From Deferribacterales bacterium (GTDB lineage Bacteria; Chrysiogenota; Deferribacteres; Deferribacterales; Geovibrionaceae), in contig JBFWJS010000001.1 in NCBI GenBank assembly GCA_050253075.1, positions 128,001 through 192,000 of the forward strand: a stretch of 64,000 nt of DNA, read 5' to 3'. Numbering within the stretch: position 1 is the first letter of the stretch; the number at the start of each line of letters is the position of its first letter. A program made the translations under genes and the position numbers. The notes under the pieces were generated by a model, which was not told the DNA's origin, did not search any database, and was given only the letters and a program-made list of their open reading frames with translations. This document shows positions 1 to 7,950 of this stretch, in pieces.

Positions 1-2723
1 TACTCGTTCGACTTAGCCGACAGGCTGGATATCGGGATTATCTTACAGAAATCCGCAAGTATCTGCTCTGGATTCGCCTCAAAGTTTTTGGCAAACTCGT
101 TCAGGCTGGCGTTATACGCCTTATCTATCTCCACATCCTTAAACTGCGCTATGAAGTCCTTTATATGCCCAGCGAGGAACTCTTTGTCGTCAGGGGTGAG
201 GTACTCTATCTTTCTCACGCCTTTACCGAGCTGGCTGTCTGTCACACGTCCTCTGATGTATGCGGCACCTGCTGTCATGCCCGAGCACACATAGTATCCG
301 ATAGGATCCATGCGGTTCACTATGTTCAGGATGATACCTATACCGCCCTGAGCGTATTCCATGAAGTAGTCGCCCATCCCCTTTTCGTGTCCGAGACCGT
401 AAACGGCGACGGGGGCTTTCCTCTTCATCAGCTTTGGTTCGAACTGTTTCAGGAAGTCCTGCCAGTTTGCAAGGGCACGCTTCGCACGGCGCTGCTGATA
501 TTTCTTCACCAGCTCTTTGAGTATCTCGTCCTTCGGCGCATCCTGAAATCTGTCTACGTTCAGATTCTTCCATTCTTCGGGCAGTCCCGCCTTCATCAGC
601 AGGAGGTTACGCACACCGCCCGATTTCGCCACACGGAAAGTACCGCTGACGGAATACGCAGCGAAAAGGTCGCTCACGTCCCCGGCGATGTTTATCTCCG
701 CAGGGTTTGATGTATTCGCAACGCCCACCTGCGCATTGGCAGGTACGGTTGTTATTGTGCTGTGGTTAGGGATAACATTCACCTTCACATCTCTGAGGAA
801 TGCAAAGGAGTGGTTCCCCACGAGCCCTCTGACGGTTATCTCTTCGCAGTGGATACCCGTACCGAGGGTTCTCTGTCCCATTACGTTATCGAGGAAGAAT
901 TTTTTTACGCCTCTGTCCACAGCCTCTTTCATTATGTGGTTCAGGTGCATGGACTCTATCTTGTCAAAGCCGACGTCAATCTTCAGACTGTCGCCGTCGA
1001 TGGCTGAGAGTATTTTTTCAAATGCTTCCTTGTTTTCTGTATATGTTGCTTCTCTCGATTTAAATATCTTTTTATCACGCTCTTTCACCTGAACATGCGG
1101 AACCTGTTTCGGATATTCTCCACGTCCGAATGTCTCGAAGAGGAGCGGGTCGCTTCCGTGGTATCTGAAACGGCGGGCACCGATGACATCCGCATGGTTC
1201 GACATGCCGAGCCCCGCTGCCATACCTTCCATATCATCGTGAAAGGTCTTTATCATACGGACGATGTTGTCCGATGCCGTGGCAGGGTCTATGCGGTGTC
1301 CGTATGGTCTGGATGTGATACCCCATGCGCACTGTCCCGTGTGGCATCTCTGGCAGAGAGTACATCCGAGTACATGGAGGGTTCGCATACCCATACCCAC
1401 AAAGTCCGCACCTGCGAGCATGGCAAGCATAGCGTGGAAGCTGTCCATAACACCGCCCTCTGCGATGATGGATACATGCTCCCTCAAGCCCTCCGCACGG
1501 AGAGCCATGTCGGCCATGTGTGTGAGGTATATGATGTTCAGACCTCTGTTCTGCAGATCGACAAGGTGCGCTGCACCCGTAGAGCCGTCGCCCGCTTTCA
1601 CAGTGATGTAGTCAAATCCTGCTTTTGCTATGGCTACGCAGATCTCTGCAAAGTTCCATGCAGTGCCGTAAACATCCGCACCGATGAGCTTGTCGTCACC
1701 GAGGAGAGCACGGAGGGACTCCACCCTCATGGGAAGCTCCTCGATGGAGTACTGGAGGTGCTGAGGGTTCGGGCTGGAGAGATGGCGCAGAGCCTCCACA
1801 CAGCGGAGGAGTGCTATCTCATAGTCGTTCTTCTTATCCTGAAGGCGTCCGCCCTTACCTTTCTTCGCATCCTGACCGTATTTCATGGAAATACCGGCGA
1901 ATTTATCAAGCTCCACCCAAGGGCCGAATCCGCCTGAGCCGAACTGCAGTATGCAGTGGCCTGCGGCCGCCATCATATCAGGGTGTACGAATCCTTCACC
2001 TGTAAAGAACGGTCTGCCGAGTTTCACACATGCCATCATTCTGGCGAGTATCGCCTCGTGGCTGTTCGATCCGTAGGACTGATGCACGTCGAATATCGGT
2101 GTATCCACCTTAAACCTTGCGGCACGTTTGCCGAGGGTCATATCACGCATCTGACCTGCGTATTCGTTCATGTGGTCTCTGGTGGGGGAGAGTATCTCCG
2201 CTGCGTCTATCAGCCAGTCGGTGTACATCTTAGACTGTCCTCGTCCGAGGTGTGCCGATGAAATAGTGGACTTACCCCCCGCACGGGAGATTATGTTGTT
2301 TATCTGCTCATGCCCTGTGAGCGTCACGCCTATGTCGTGATAGTCAGGGTTGTCGTAAACCTTGATGGCTCTCTGAGGGCACATTTTCACGCATCTTTTA
2401 CAGTTACAGCACTCGTCGGGGTTTATCCACAGGATCTTCTCCACAAGGGATATCTCGTCTGCGTCATCCCTGCTGACCCTGTGTCCGCCGTCGTCGAAGT
2501 AGCGTTCCTCCATGGTGAAAACGCCGTGCCCCGATGAGGGGTTTGATACGTTGTGCGTACAGCTTTCCACACATGTGGAGCAATGCACGCATCCCCTGCC
2601 CGGTTCTTCGATGTCGTCTGTGACCTTCACCCAGTATTTAGCACCCTGGGCAAAGATGCCCTTCTCTGTGGGCTCTGTATATCTTATGGATCTCTGTATT
2701 ACTATATCTTTTTTATCAGTCAT
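1..2723 (-). CDS. Glutamate synthase-like large subunit: N-terminal 2x[4Fe-4S] ferredoxin + FMN-binding (GltB2) domain + GXGXG (GltB3) domain, ~907 aa; 3' end at window edge
   Basis: Translated by hand (absent from ORF track). ATG at 2723 overlaps the upstream gene's stop (ATGACTGA). The frame is open to position 3, followed by TA at the edge (probably a stop). Motifs: CVHCSTCVESC and CCNCKRCVKMCP; QSYGSNS, FTGEGF, KYGQDAKKGKGG, SPNPQHLQYSIEEL, GDGSTGAA, CTLCQRCHTGQCAWGI; C-terminal GQRTLGTG, MGDYFMEY, CSGMTAG. Confidence 0.85.
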   Translation of the reverse strand, partial: MTDKKDIVIQRSIRYTEPTEKGIFAQGAKYWVKVTDDIEEPGRGCVHCSTCVESCTHNVSNPSSGHGVFTMEERYFDDGGHRVSRDDADEISLVEKILWINPDECCNCKRCVKMCPQRAIKVYDNPDYHDIGVTLTGHEQINNIISRAGGKSTISSAHLGRGQSKMYTDWLIDAAEILSPTRDHMNEYAGQMRDMTLGKRAARFKVDTPIFDVHQSYGSNSHEAILARMMACVKLGRPFFTGEGFVHPDMMAAAGHCILQFGSGGFGPWVELDKFAGISMKYGQDAKKGKGGRLQDKKNDYEIALLRCVEALRHLSSPNPQHLQYSIEELPMRVESLRALLGDDKLIGADVYGTAWNFAEICVAIAKAGFDYITVKAGDGSTGAAHLVDLQNRGLNIIYLTHMADMALRAEGLREHVSIIAEGGVMDSFHAMLAMLAGADFVGMGMRTLHVLGCTLCQRCHTGQCAWGITSRPYGHRIDPATASDNIVRMIKTFHDDMEGMAAGLGMSNHADVIGARRFRYHGSDPLLFETFGRGEYPKQVPHVQVKERDKKIFKSREATYTENKEAFEKILSAIDGDSLKIDVGFDKIESMHLNHIMKEAVDRGVKKFFLDNVMGQRTLGTGIHCEEITVRGLVGNHSFAFLRDVKVNVIPNHSTITTVPANAQVGVANTSNPAEINIAGDVSDLFAAYSVSGTFRVAKSGGVRNLLLMKAGLPEEWKNLNVDRFQDAPKDEILKELVKKYQQRRAKRALANWQDFLKQFEPKLMKRKAPVAVYGLGHEKGMGDYFMEYAQGGIGIILNIVNRMDPIGYYVCSGMTAGAAYIRGRVTDSQLGKGVRKIEYLTPDDKEFLAGHIKDFIAQFKDVEIDKAYNASLNEFAKNFEANPEQILADFCKIIPISSLSAKSNE

Positions 2724-3915
2724 TTTTCTTCCACCCATAGTCCAGTTTGGTCACCTTCTTATCCTTTATGCCGAAGCCGACTATCTTTCCCGCTTCCGGG
2801 TCGAACATGTTCAGCTCCTCGTGCATAAAGTACGCCGCAGAGATAACCGCTCTCTGCTCGGAGCCGAGCAGGGCTATCTTATCATTCACGCCGATGGAGA
2901 ATGAGCGGAGGTGGTCTCTGTCGGTGAAGCCGACTATAGTGTCCTCAACCAATGTGATGGCTGTGGCAGGGCCCGACATCTTCATCCTGTAAAGGAGAGG
3001 GTCAGACATCAGCTCGCTATACCTCTCACGCTTCTCGGGTGTCATGGCGGCGAGCTCCTGAGGGAACTTCCTGCACATCACCCACTCTATCTCCTCCAGT
3101 GAATATCCGCTGCGGAGCAGGTGCGCCACAGAGAGGAATATCGCCTCGGAGTCTGTACCCGCCGTCAGCATGATGTCGAGCTGCTCGAGGGCACGTGCGT
3201 TCGACATGTCGCTTGAGAGGTGTCCGTTATGCACCCCGCAAACCTCGCCTATTGATATCGGCTGAGGCCCCCACCAGAGTCCACGGCCCTGAGATGTAGG
3301 CCAGCGAAGGTGGATGAGACATGCATCGTAGTAGTGGTCTTCGAATTGGTGAATATTATAAATATCTATGGTGTCCTTCAGCTCGTATGCAGTGAGGAAT
3401 GTCCCGTTCTGCTTTGAGCTGGAGAATACCCTTGCATCGTCCATGTGCTGACGGTTGAATTTGCTGACGCAGTGGGCTATGTAGTCCAGTTCGTTATTTA
3501 TCTTCTCACGGAACATCATCTCCTCCGGTGACGGAGGCACTATGCTGTAGTGCATTATCACGGGGAGGTCATATTCGTAATAGAATTTACGCTGTACCAT
3601 GTCTCTCTTTTCGAGGATGCGCAGCCCCATACTGCTGAGCACTTCGTCCAGCTCGGCTATCTTGTCCTCGGAGCGGAACATGATGTGAAAGTTAAAGAAT
3701 CCCGAGTCCTTATACAGGCTTTTGAGCGTGACGCCCGCACCCGTACGGCCTCTGTATTGAAGACATCTGGCGGCCTTGAGCAGTGCATCGAGGCTGAAAT
3801 CGCCCACAACTGCGAGCAGTCCGCAGGCTCCGCCCGGCAGACCGAGGTCTCCGCCTGAGAAGTCGTTCACCGTGATATTGCGGGTTGTTGAAAAATCGCC
3901 CTTCTTAATGATCAT
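2716..3915 (-). CDS. Class II (Ntn) glutamine amidotransferase, GltB1-like subunit
   Basis: Propeptide then CGLLAV (Ntn Cys), LQYRG, HLRWPT, HNG, TDSE. Start moved to ATG 3915 (GGAGG RBS, overlaps the upstream stop). Confidence 0.8.
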   Translation of the reverse strand: MIIKKGDFSTTRNITVNDFSGGDLGLPGGACGLLAVVGDFSLDALLKAARCLQYRGRTGAGVTLKSLYKDSGFFNFHIMFRSEDKIAELDEVLSSMGLRILEKRDMVQRKFYYEYDLPVIMHYSIVPPSPEEMMFREKINNELDYIAHCVSKFNRQHMDDARVFSSSKQNGTFLTAYELKDTIDIYNIHQFEDHYYDACLIHLRWPTSQGRGLWWGPQPISIGEVCGVHNGHLSSDMSNARALEQLDIMLTAGTDSEAIFLSVAHLLRSGYSLEEIEWVMCRKFPQELAAMTPEKRERYSELMSDPLLYRMKMSGPATAITLVEDTIVGFTDRDHLRSFSIGVNDKIALLGSEQRAVISAAYFMHEELNMFDPEAGKIVGFGIKDKKVTKLDYGWKKND

Positions 3916-5623
3916 GGTCGCAACCTCCGTCTTCAAATATCTCGCAAGCGCTGATGTACTGTTCCTGACGGAATTCGTCCAGCTTTGAGCCCTCTTTGGT
4001 CACTGTCAGAGCAGAGCGGGGGCATGCCTCCACACTCTTATATGTCGCATCGCACAGCTTATCTTCGAGGAATTCATAGAAGTGTGCGTCCTTTTTCGGC
4101 GTCCACTCCTTTTTCAGCTTTATCAGCGAACCGTCGCTGTAGAACCAGCACCAGTCGCACTGTATGCATATACCGCAGTTGAAACATCTGGAAGACATCA
4201 GCATAGCCATGTCCTCCTCCACGGTTTTCACTATCTCGTCGAAATTGCCATCACGCTCGGCAACAGGCAGTTCGTCTTCTATCAGACGTCCTGTCTTTTC
4301 AAAGTATTTCGTATTCAGGGTGCTGTAGTAGGCTGTGTCACGCCTTGTCTCAGGCTCTGCATCCTCGCCGAGGAATTCACGCACGGCCTTCACCGTGTCC
4401 TGAGCGAGACCGACCACACGGACAACCATACCCACGCTTTCGACATTGCCCATTGCGGCATCACCTGTGATGAATACTTTGTCTCTGTCGTCTTCCTGCA
4501 GGTCGGGGCATAGCATGCGGGGGAAATCCACGCTGAAGCTCTCGCCCACGAAGTACAGATCGGGTCTGTCGCCGATGGCGAGCACTATACGGTCAAACTC
4601 TAGGGTCTCTATAAGGCCGGGAACAGCGAAAGGCTTCGCACGTCCGCTCTCGTCCACGGGGCCGAGTTTCATAACCTGTACATGGATAACGAGCTTTTCG
4701 CCCTTTTTCTCTATTTTCAGAGGCTGACGGAGGAATTTGTAGCTGACGCCCTCTTTTATGGTGTCTGCCACTTCGCCCCCATGGGCTGTCATCTCGTCCT
4801 CTGTACGTCTGTATACTACAGTCGGGCTTGCGCCGAGGCGTACGCTGCATCTCGCAACGTCTATGGCGGAGTATCCGCCGCCTACCACGCATATCTTTTC
4901 GCCCTTTTTAATATTCAGCTCTTCCGCCCTGCCGAAGTTTATGCTTCTGAGGAAAGGGATAGCAGATTCGGCAAGTTTTTCACCCTCGATGCCCATCTCG
5001 ACAGGCTTATGCGCACCTGTCGAAACTATGACGGCGTCATACTCACGGGCGAGGTTCAGGAATTTATCTTTGTTTATATTTTCTCCGCATTTGATGTTAA
5101 CACCCGCTTTTTTGATAAAGCCGAGCTCCTTTTCAAACACGTCTCTGGGATAGCGGAATGCAGGGATACCCTGTGTGAGGAGACCTCCGGGGGTTTCCTC
5201 CTTTTCATACACGTCTGTGCGGTAGCCGAGCCTTGCGAGGAAATATGCCGCAGCCAGCCCCGCAGGACCTGAGCCGATAACGGCGACCTTCGCACTCTTC
5301 TCTCCGCCGAGCTTCTTCGGCTCGAGACCGTGGGCATATCCCCAGTCGGAGACGAAACGCTCCATCGCTTTTATATCCACGGGCTCGTCAAATTTTGTCC
5401 TGTTGCATGCTGTCTCGCACGGATGATCACAGAAACGTCCGCACCCGGAGCTGAAAGGATTGGTCTCTTTCAGAACGTAGAAAGCCTCTTCGAACCTGCC
5501 CAGTTCTGTGAGGTATAAAAATCTCGGTATGTCGTTTCTGGCATAGCAGCCGTGATTGCCCAGATGGTCTCTGGAATAGCACGGGCTGAGCTTATTAAAG
5601 TATAAGGGAAATAGTTTTTTCAC
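3905..5623 (-). CDS. GltD/SudA-like FAD- and NAD(P)-dependent Fe-S oxidoreductase with C-terminal ferredoxin-like extension
   Basis: CGRFCDHPCETAC, GSGPAG, GIPAFR, VGGGYSAID, YRR; C-terminal RCFNCGICIQCDWC and ACP. Confidence 0.85.
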   Translation of the reverse strand: MKKLFPLYFNKLSPCYSRDHLGNHGCYARNDIPRFLYLTELGRFEEAFYVLKETNPFSSGCGRFCDHPCETACNRTKFDEPVDIKAMERFVSDWGYAHGLEPKKLGGEKSAKVAVIGSGPAGLAAAYFLARLGYRTDVYEKEETPGGLLTQGIPAFRYPRDVFEKELGFIKKAGVNIKCGENINKDKFLNLAREYDAVIVSTGAHKPVEMGIEGEKLAESAIPFLRSINFGRAEELNIKKGEKICVVGGGYSAIDVARCSVRLGASPTVVYRRTEDEMTAHGGEVADTIKEGVSYKFLRQPLKIEKKGEKLVIHVQVMKLGPVDESGRAKPFAVPGLIETLEFDRIVLAIGDRPDLYFVGESFSVDFPRMLCPDLQEDDRDKVFITGDAAMGNVESVGMVVRVVGLAQDTVKAVREFLGEDAEPETRRDTAYYSTLNTKYFEKTGRLIEDELPVAERDGNFDEIVKTVEEDMAMLMSSRCFNCGICIQCDWCWFYSDGSLIKLKKEWTPKKDAHFYEFLEDKLCDATYKSVEACPRSALTVTKEGSKLDEFRQEQYISACEIFEDGGCDHDH

Positions 5624-5685
5624 CCAGACCTCCGATGTATTTAGATGTTAGTTTAATCTCTTTTTAAAAAAATGGCTGTATATCA

Positions 5686-5715
5686 ATTATAGCTTACATA
5701 TGGAGGGTTTAGCAA
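5686..5715 (-). promoter_or_regulatory. Putative sigma70 promoter of the glt-like operon
   Basis: Minus strand TTGCTA-18 bp-TATAAT about 60 bp upstream of the start. Confidence 0.5.
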
Positions 5716-5720
5716 TTCAC

Positions 5721-5752
5721 AAAAACGGCGGATGATCCGTTCATCCGCCGCT
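5721..5752 (-). terminator. Intrinsic terminator
   Basis: CGGCGGATGA-ACGGA-TCATCCGCCG hairpin followed by TTTTT on the minus strand. Confidence 0.75.
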
Positions 5753-5881
5753 TTGCTATAATGAGAGAGTAGAGGTTTTATTGGATTCGCCTTTTACAGC
5801 AACCATATTTATAAACTATACCATTTTTATCTTATTTCAAGTGTTTATTATAAAAAAAATAATATGTCAATAAATCAATTA

Positions 5882-6298
5882 TTATATGGAGTTTGAGAGG
5901 ATGACAAGCTTCTCTATTGCGCTGTTTATCCCTTTGCGTACATCTTCTTTATGGAACGACTTCTCCATGCACGCAGCAACGGCTCTGGCTGTCTCCTGAA
6001 GGGCGTCTGCGGCTGCATCAGTCGGCGACATGGCTCCGCTCACCTCGGGCAGTCTGCTCACACAGCAGTCCATGTCACGGGCGACCATATTCAGCACGTC
6101 CACGCACTTATACTTTGTCAGCACATAGAGGAAGTTTTCCAAAGTCGCGGATTTACTGCTGTCGTATGCATAGTTTTTTATCTGGTTCACAGATATCCCC
6201 AGCTCAGAGGCGAGCTTTTCCCTGCGGATCCCTTTCTTATTAACGGCTTTGAACAGCTCTCCGCTGATGTCGCATGCGTATTTTCTGAAATCTCCCAT
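5882..6298 (-). CDS. Small HTH (XRE-like) regulator resembling phage CII/CP76-type regulatory proteins
   Basis: N-terminal REKLASELGISVNQIKNY HTH followed by a helical C-terminus; RBS AAGGGGG upstream. Confidence 0.6.
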   Translation of the reverse strand: MGDFRKYACDISGELFKAVNKKGIRREKLASELGISVNQIKNYAYDSSKSATLENFLYVLTKYKCVDVLNMVARDMDCCVSRLPEVSGAMSPTDAAADALQETARAVAACMEKSFHKEDVRKGINSAIEKLVILSNSI

Positions 6299-6433
6299 GA
6301 CTACCCCCTTATAATAGGTATTTCGAATAATTCTATATCTGTGAATTTCCTAAGCAGTATATATAATATTTACTTATATTACATATAGTAATATATTTCA
6401 ATTTAATTTTCAACATGTGAATATGGAGCCCGA

Positions 6434-6700
6434 ATGAACTTATACCTGGTACAATGCGACTTCAAACAAGGCAGTGATGCATGGGAAAAGATAGGCGCAA
6501 TACTAAACGCACACGAAGGGAAAAGGCACAGACCAGACAGCTGGATAATCCTGTCCGTAGAACCCGTCAGCATAATATATGAGAAGCTGAGACACAGCCT
6601 CGGCGATTCGGACTTTATCCTGATAACAAAGATAGGCGTGGACCAGATGAACAATTACCCGGAAAACATCAAAAACTGGATTCACGCAAATATAGCCTGA
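6434..6700 (+). CDS. 88-aa protein with a Cas2/VapD-like ferredoxin-fold pattern
   Basis: YLVQCDF first strand ending in Asp, SWII, IYEKLRHSLGDSDFILIT; GGAG RBS. Fold is inferred from pattern only. Confidence 0.55.
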   Translation: MNLYLVQCDFKQGSDAWEKIGAILNAHEGKRHRPDSWIILSVEPVSIIYEKLRHSLGDSDFILITKIGVDQMNNYPENIKNWIHANIA

Positions 6701-6837
6701 AACGATCAAACACCCGCCGAAAGCTAGATGCAGATATTTATTTAGTCAGATATCTGCATAACTATCATTTAATACAGCCTGTAAAAAAATTGCAAAATAA
6801 CTATTGAAAATATCGGCCGTTAACCTAGATTAAAAGT

Positions 6838-7003
6838 ATCAGCACCGGACAGAACAGAACGTAGGAGGCGCGGAAAGGCCTCGTGTGAAAAAAATGGTTC
6901 TCCGGAGTTGTTAAAATAAATATGGAGGTAGGACGATTAATACCTCGATCTCAAGCCCCCGCTAAGAATGATCTTGATGACAAGGTTTTGCGGGGGCTTT
7001 CAA
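6838..7003 (+). ncRNA. Candidate structured sRNA, GGA-rich (CsrB/Rsm-like)
   Basis: TTGAAA-16-TAGATT promoter at 6804-6831; six GGA in 6847-6933; three stems; closing AAGCCCCCGC/GCGGGGGCTT hairpin. Confidence 0.4.
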
Positions 7004-7056
7004 TTTATAGGGTGTCCACCCTGCCCCGTTTCTCATCAAAGATTATCAGACAGATG

Positions 7057-7950
7057 CTATTTATCGATTATATCAAAAAATTTCTGCGAGTTTCTAAGGT
7101 CTATATCTATTTTAAGGTAATACATATTTTCCTTTACCTCAGACGGCAGCTTCACATAGTCCTTCTCAGTGGTAAGGATAAGGTCGGCCTCCATCTCTCT
7201 CGCTTTGCGCTCGATGACATATGTCTCTCTTCCGCAGTAGCAGTGATGGTCTGTATATATCTTTTTACCCAGCAGCTCTGCGCCGAGTGAACGTACAAAT
7301 TTAAAGAATTTTGAAGGTGAGGCTATCCCCGCAAAAGCGAATACTCTCTTCCCTTTCAGTGCGACTTCCGCCTTTCCTTTGTCGTTATAGACCCCCGCAT
7401 ATGAAACATTGCTGAAAAACACGGGTTTGCCCTCGACATACTTTGCAGCTTTTTCAGGTATCGTGTCGTTCTCCGCTCTGGTAAAGATGACGATGTCCGC
7501 ACGCTTTATCCCCGATGCGGGTTCACGCAGATATCCAAAGGGGAACATCCATCCTGTCGAGATAGGCTTTGTATGGTCGAGCAGACATATATCTATGTCA
7601 CGCTTCATCTGCCTGTGCTGATATCCGTCGTCGAGAATATATATATCGGGCTTAAAATGCTTTTCGGCATATTCGTAAGAGCGCACACGCTCTTTCCCAG
7701 TGATGACTATCGCCTCGGGGCAGTTCACAGCCATCATATACGGCTCGTCCGCTGCCTTGTCGGGGCCGATAAGGATATTCTGCCCGTCGCTGATGACGTG
7801 GGTGTCGTATCCAATATTCCCTTTGTAGCCTCTGGAGAGTATGCAGACCTTTTTACCTTTTGATATATAATGTTTGGCAAGCATAACGGTGAACGGAGTC
7901 TTCCCCGTGCCGCCCATGCTGATATTGCCGACGGATATTATTTTAGACAT
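7057..7950 (-). CDS. lpxK: Tetraacyldisaccharide 4'-kinase
   Basis: VGNISMGGTGKTP, SRGY, LDDGYQH, LRE, TTEKD. Confidence 0.95.
   Translation of the reverse strand: MSKIISVGNISMGGTGKTPFTVMLAKHYISKGKKVCILSRGYKGNIGYDTHVISDGQNILIGPDKAADEPYMMAVNCPEAIVITGKERVRSYEYAEKHFKPDIYILDDGYQHRQMKRDIDICLLDHTKPISTGWMFPFGYLREPASGIKRADIVIFTRAENDTIPEKAAKYVEGKPVFFSNVSYAGVYNDKGKAEVALKGKRVFAFAGIASPSKFFKFVRSLGAELLGKKIYTDHHCYCGRETYVIERKAREMEADLILTTEKDYVKLPSEVKENMYYLKIDIDLRNSQKFFDIIDK

Noticed and set aside
88..2904. Many plus-strand ORFs (e.g. 1095-1937, 165-710)
   Set aside because: Antisense shadows of the 907-codon minus-strand glutamate synthase-like gene.
3905..5623. Calling this gene dsrL
   Set aside because: No dsr genes in the window; it is coupled to glutamate synthase-like genes.
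6922..7290. 122-aa plus-strand ORF
   Set aside because: No RBS, crosses a strong hairpin and overlaps lpxK antisense.
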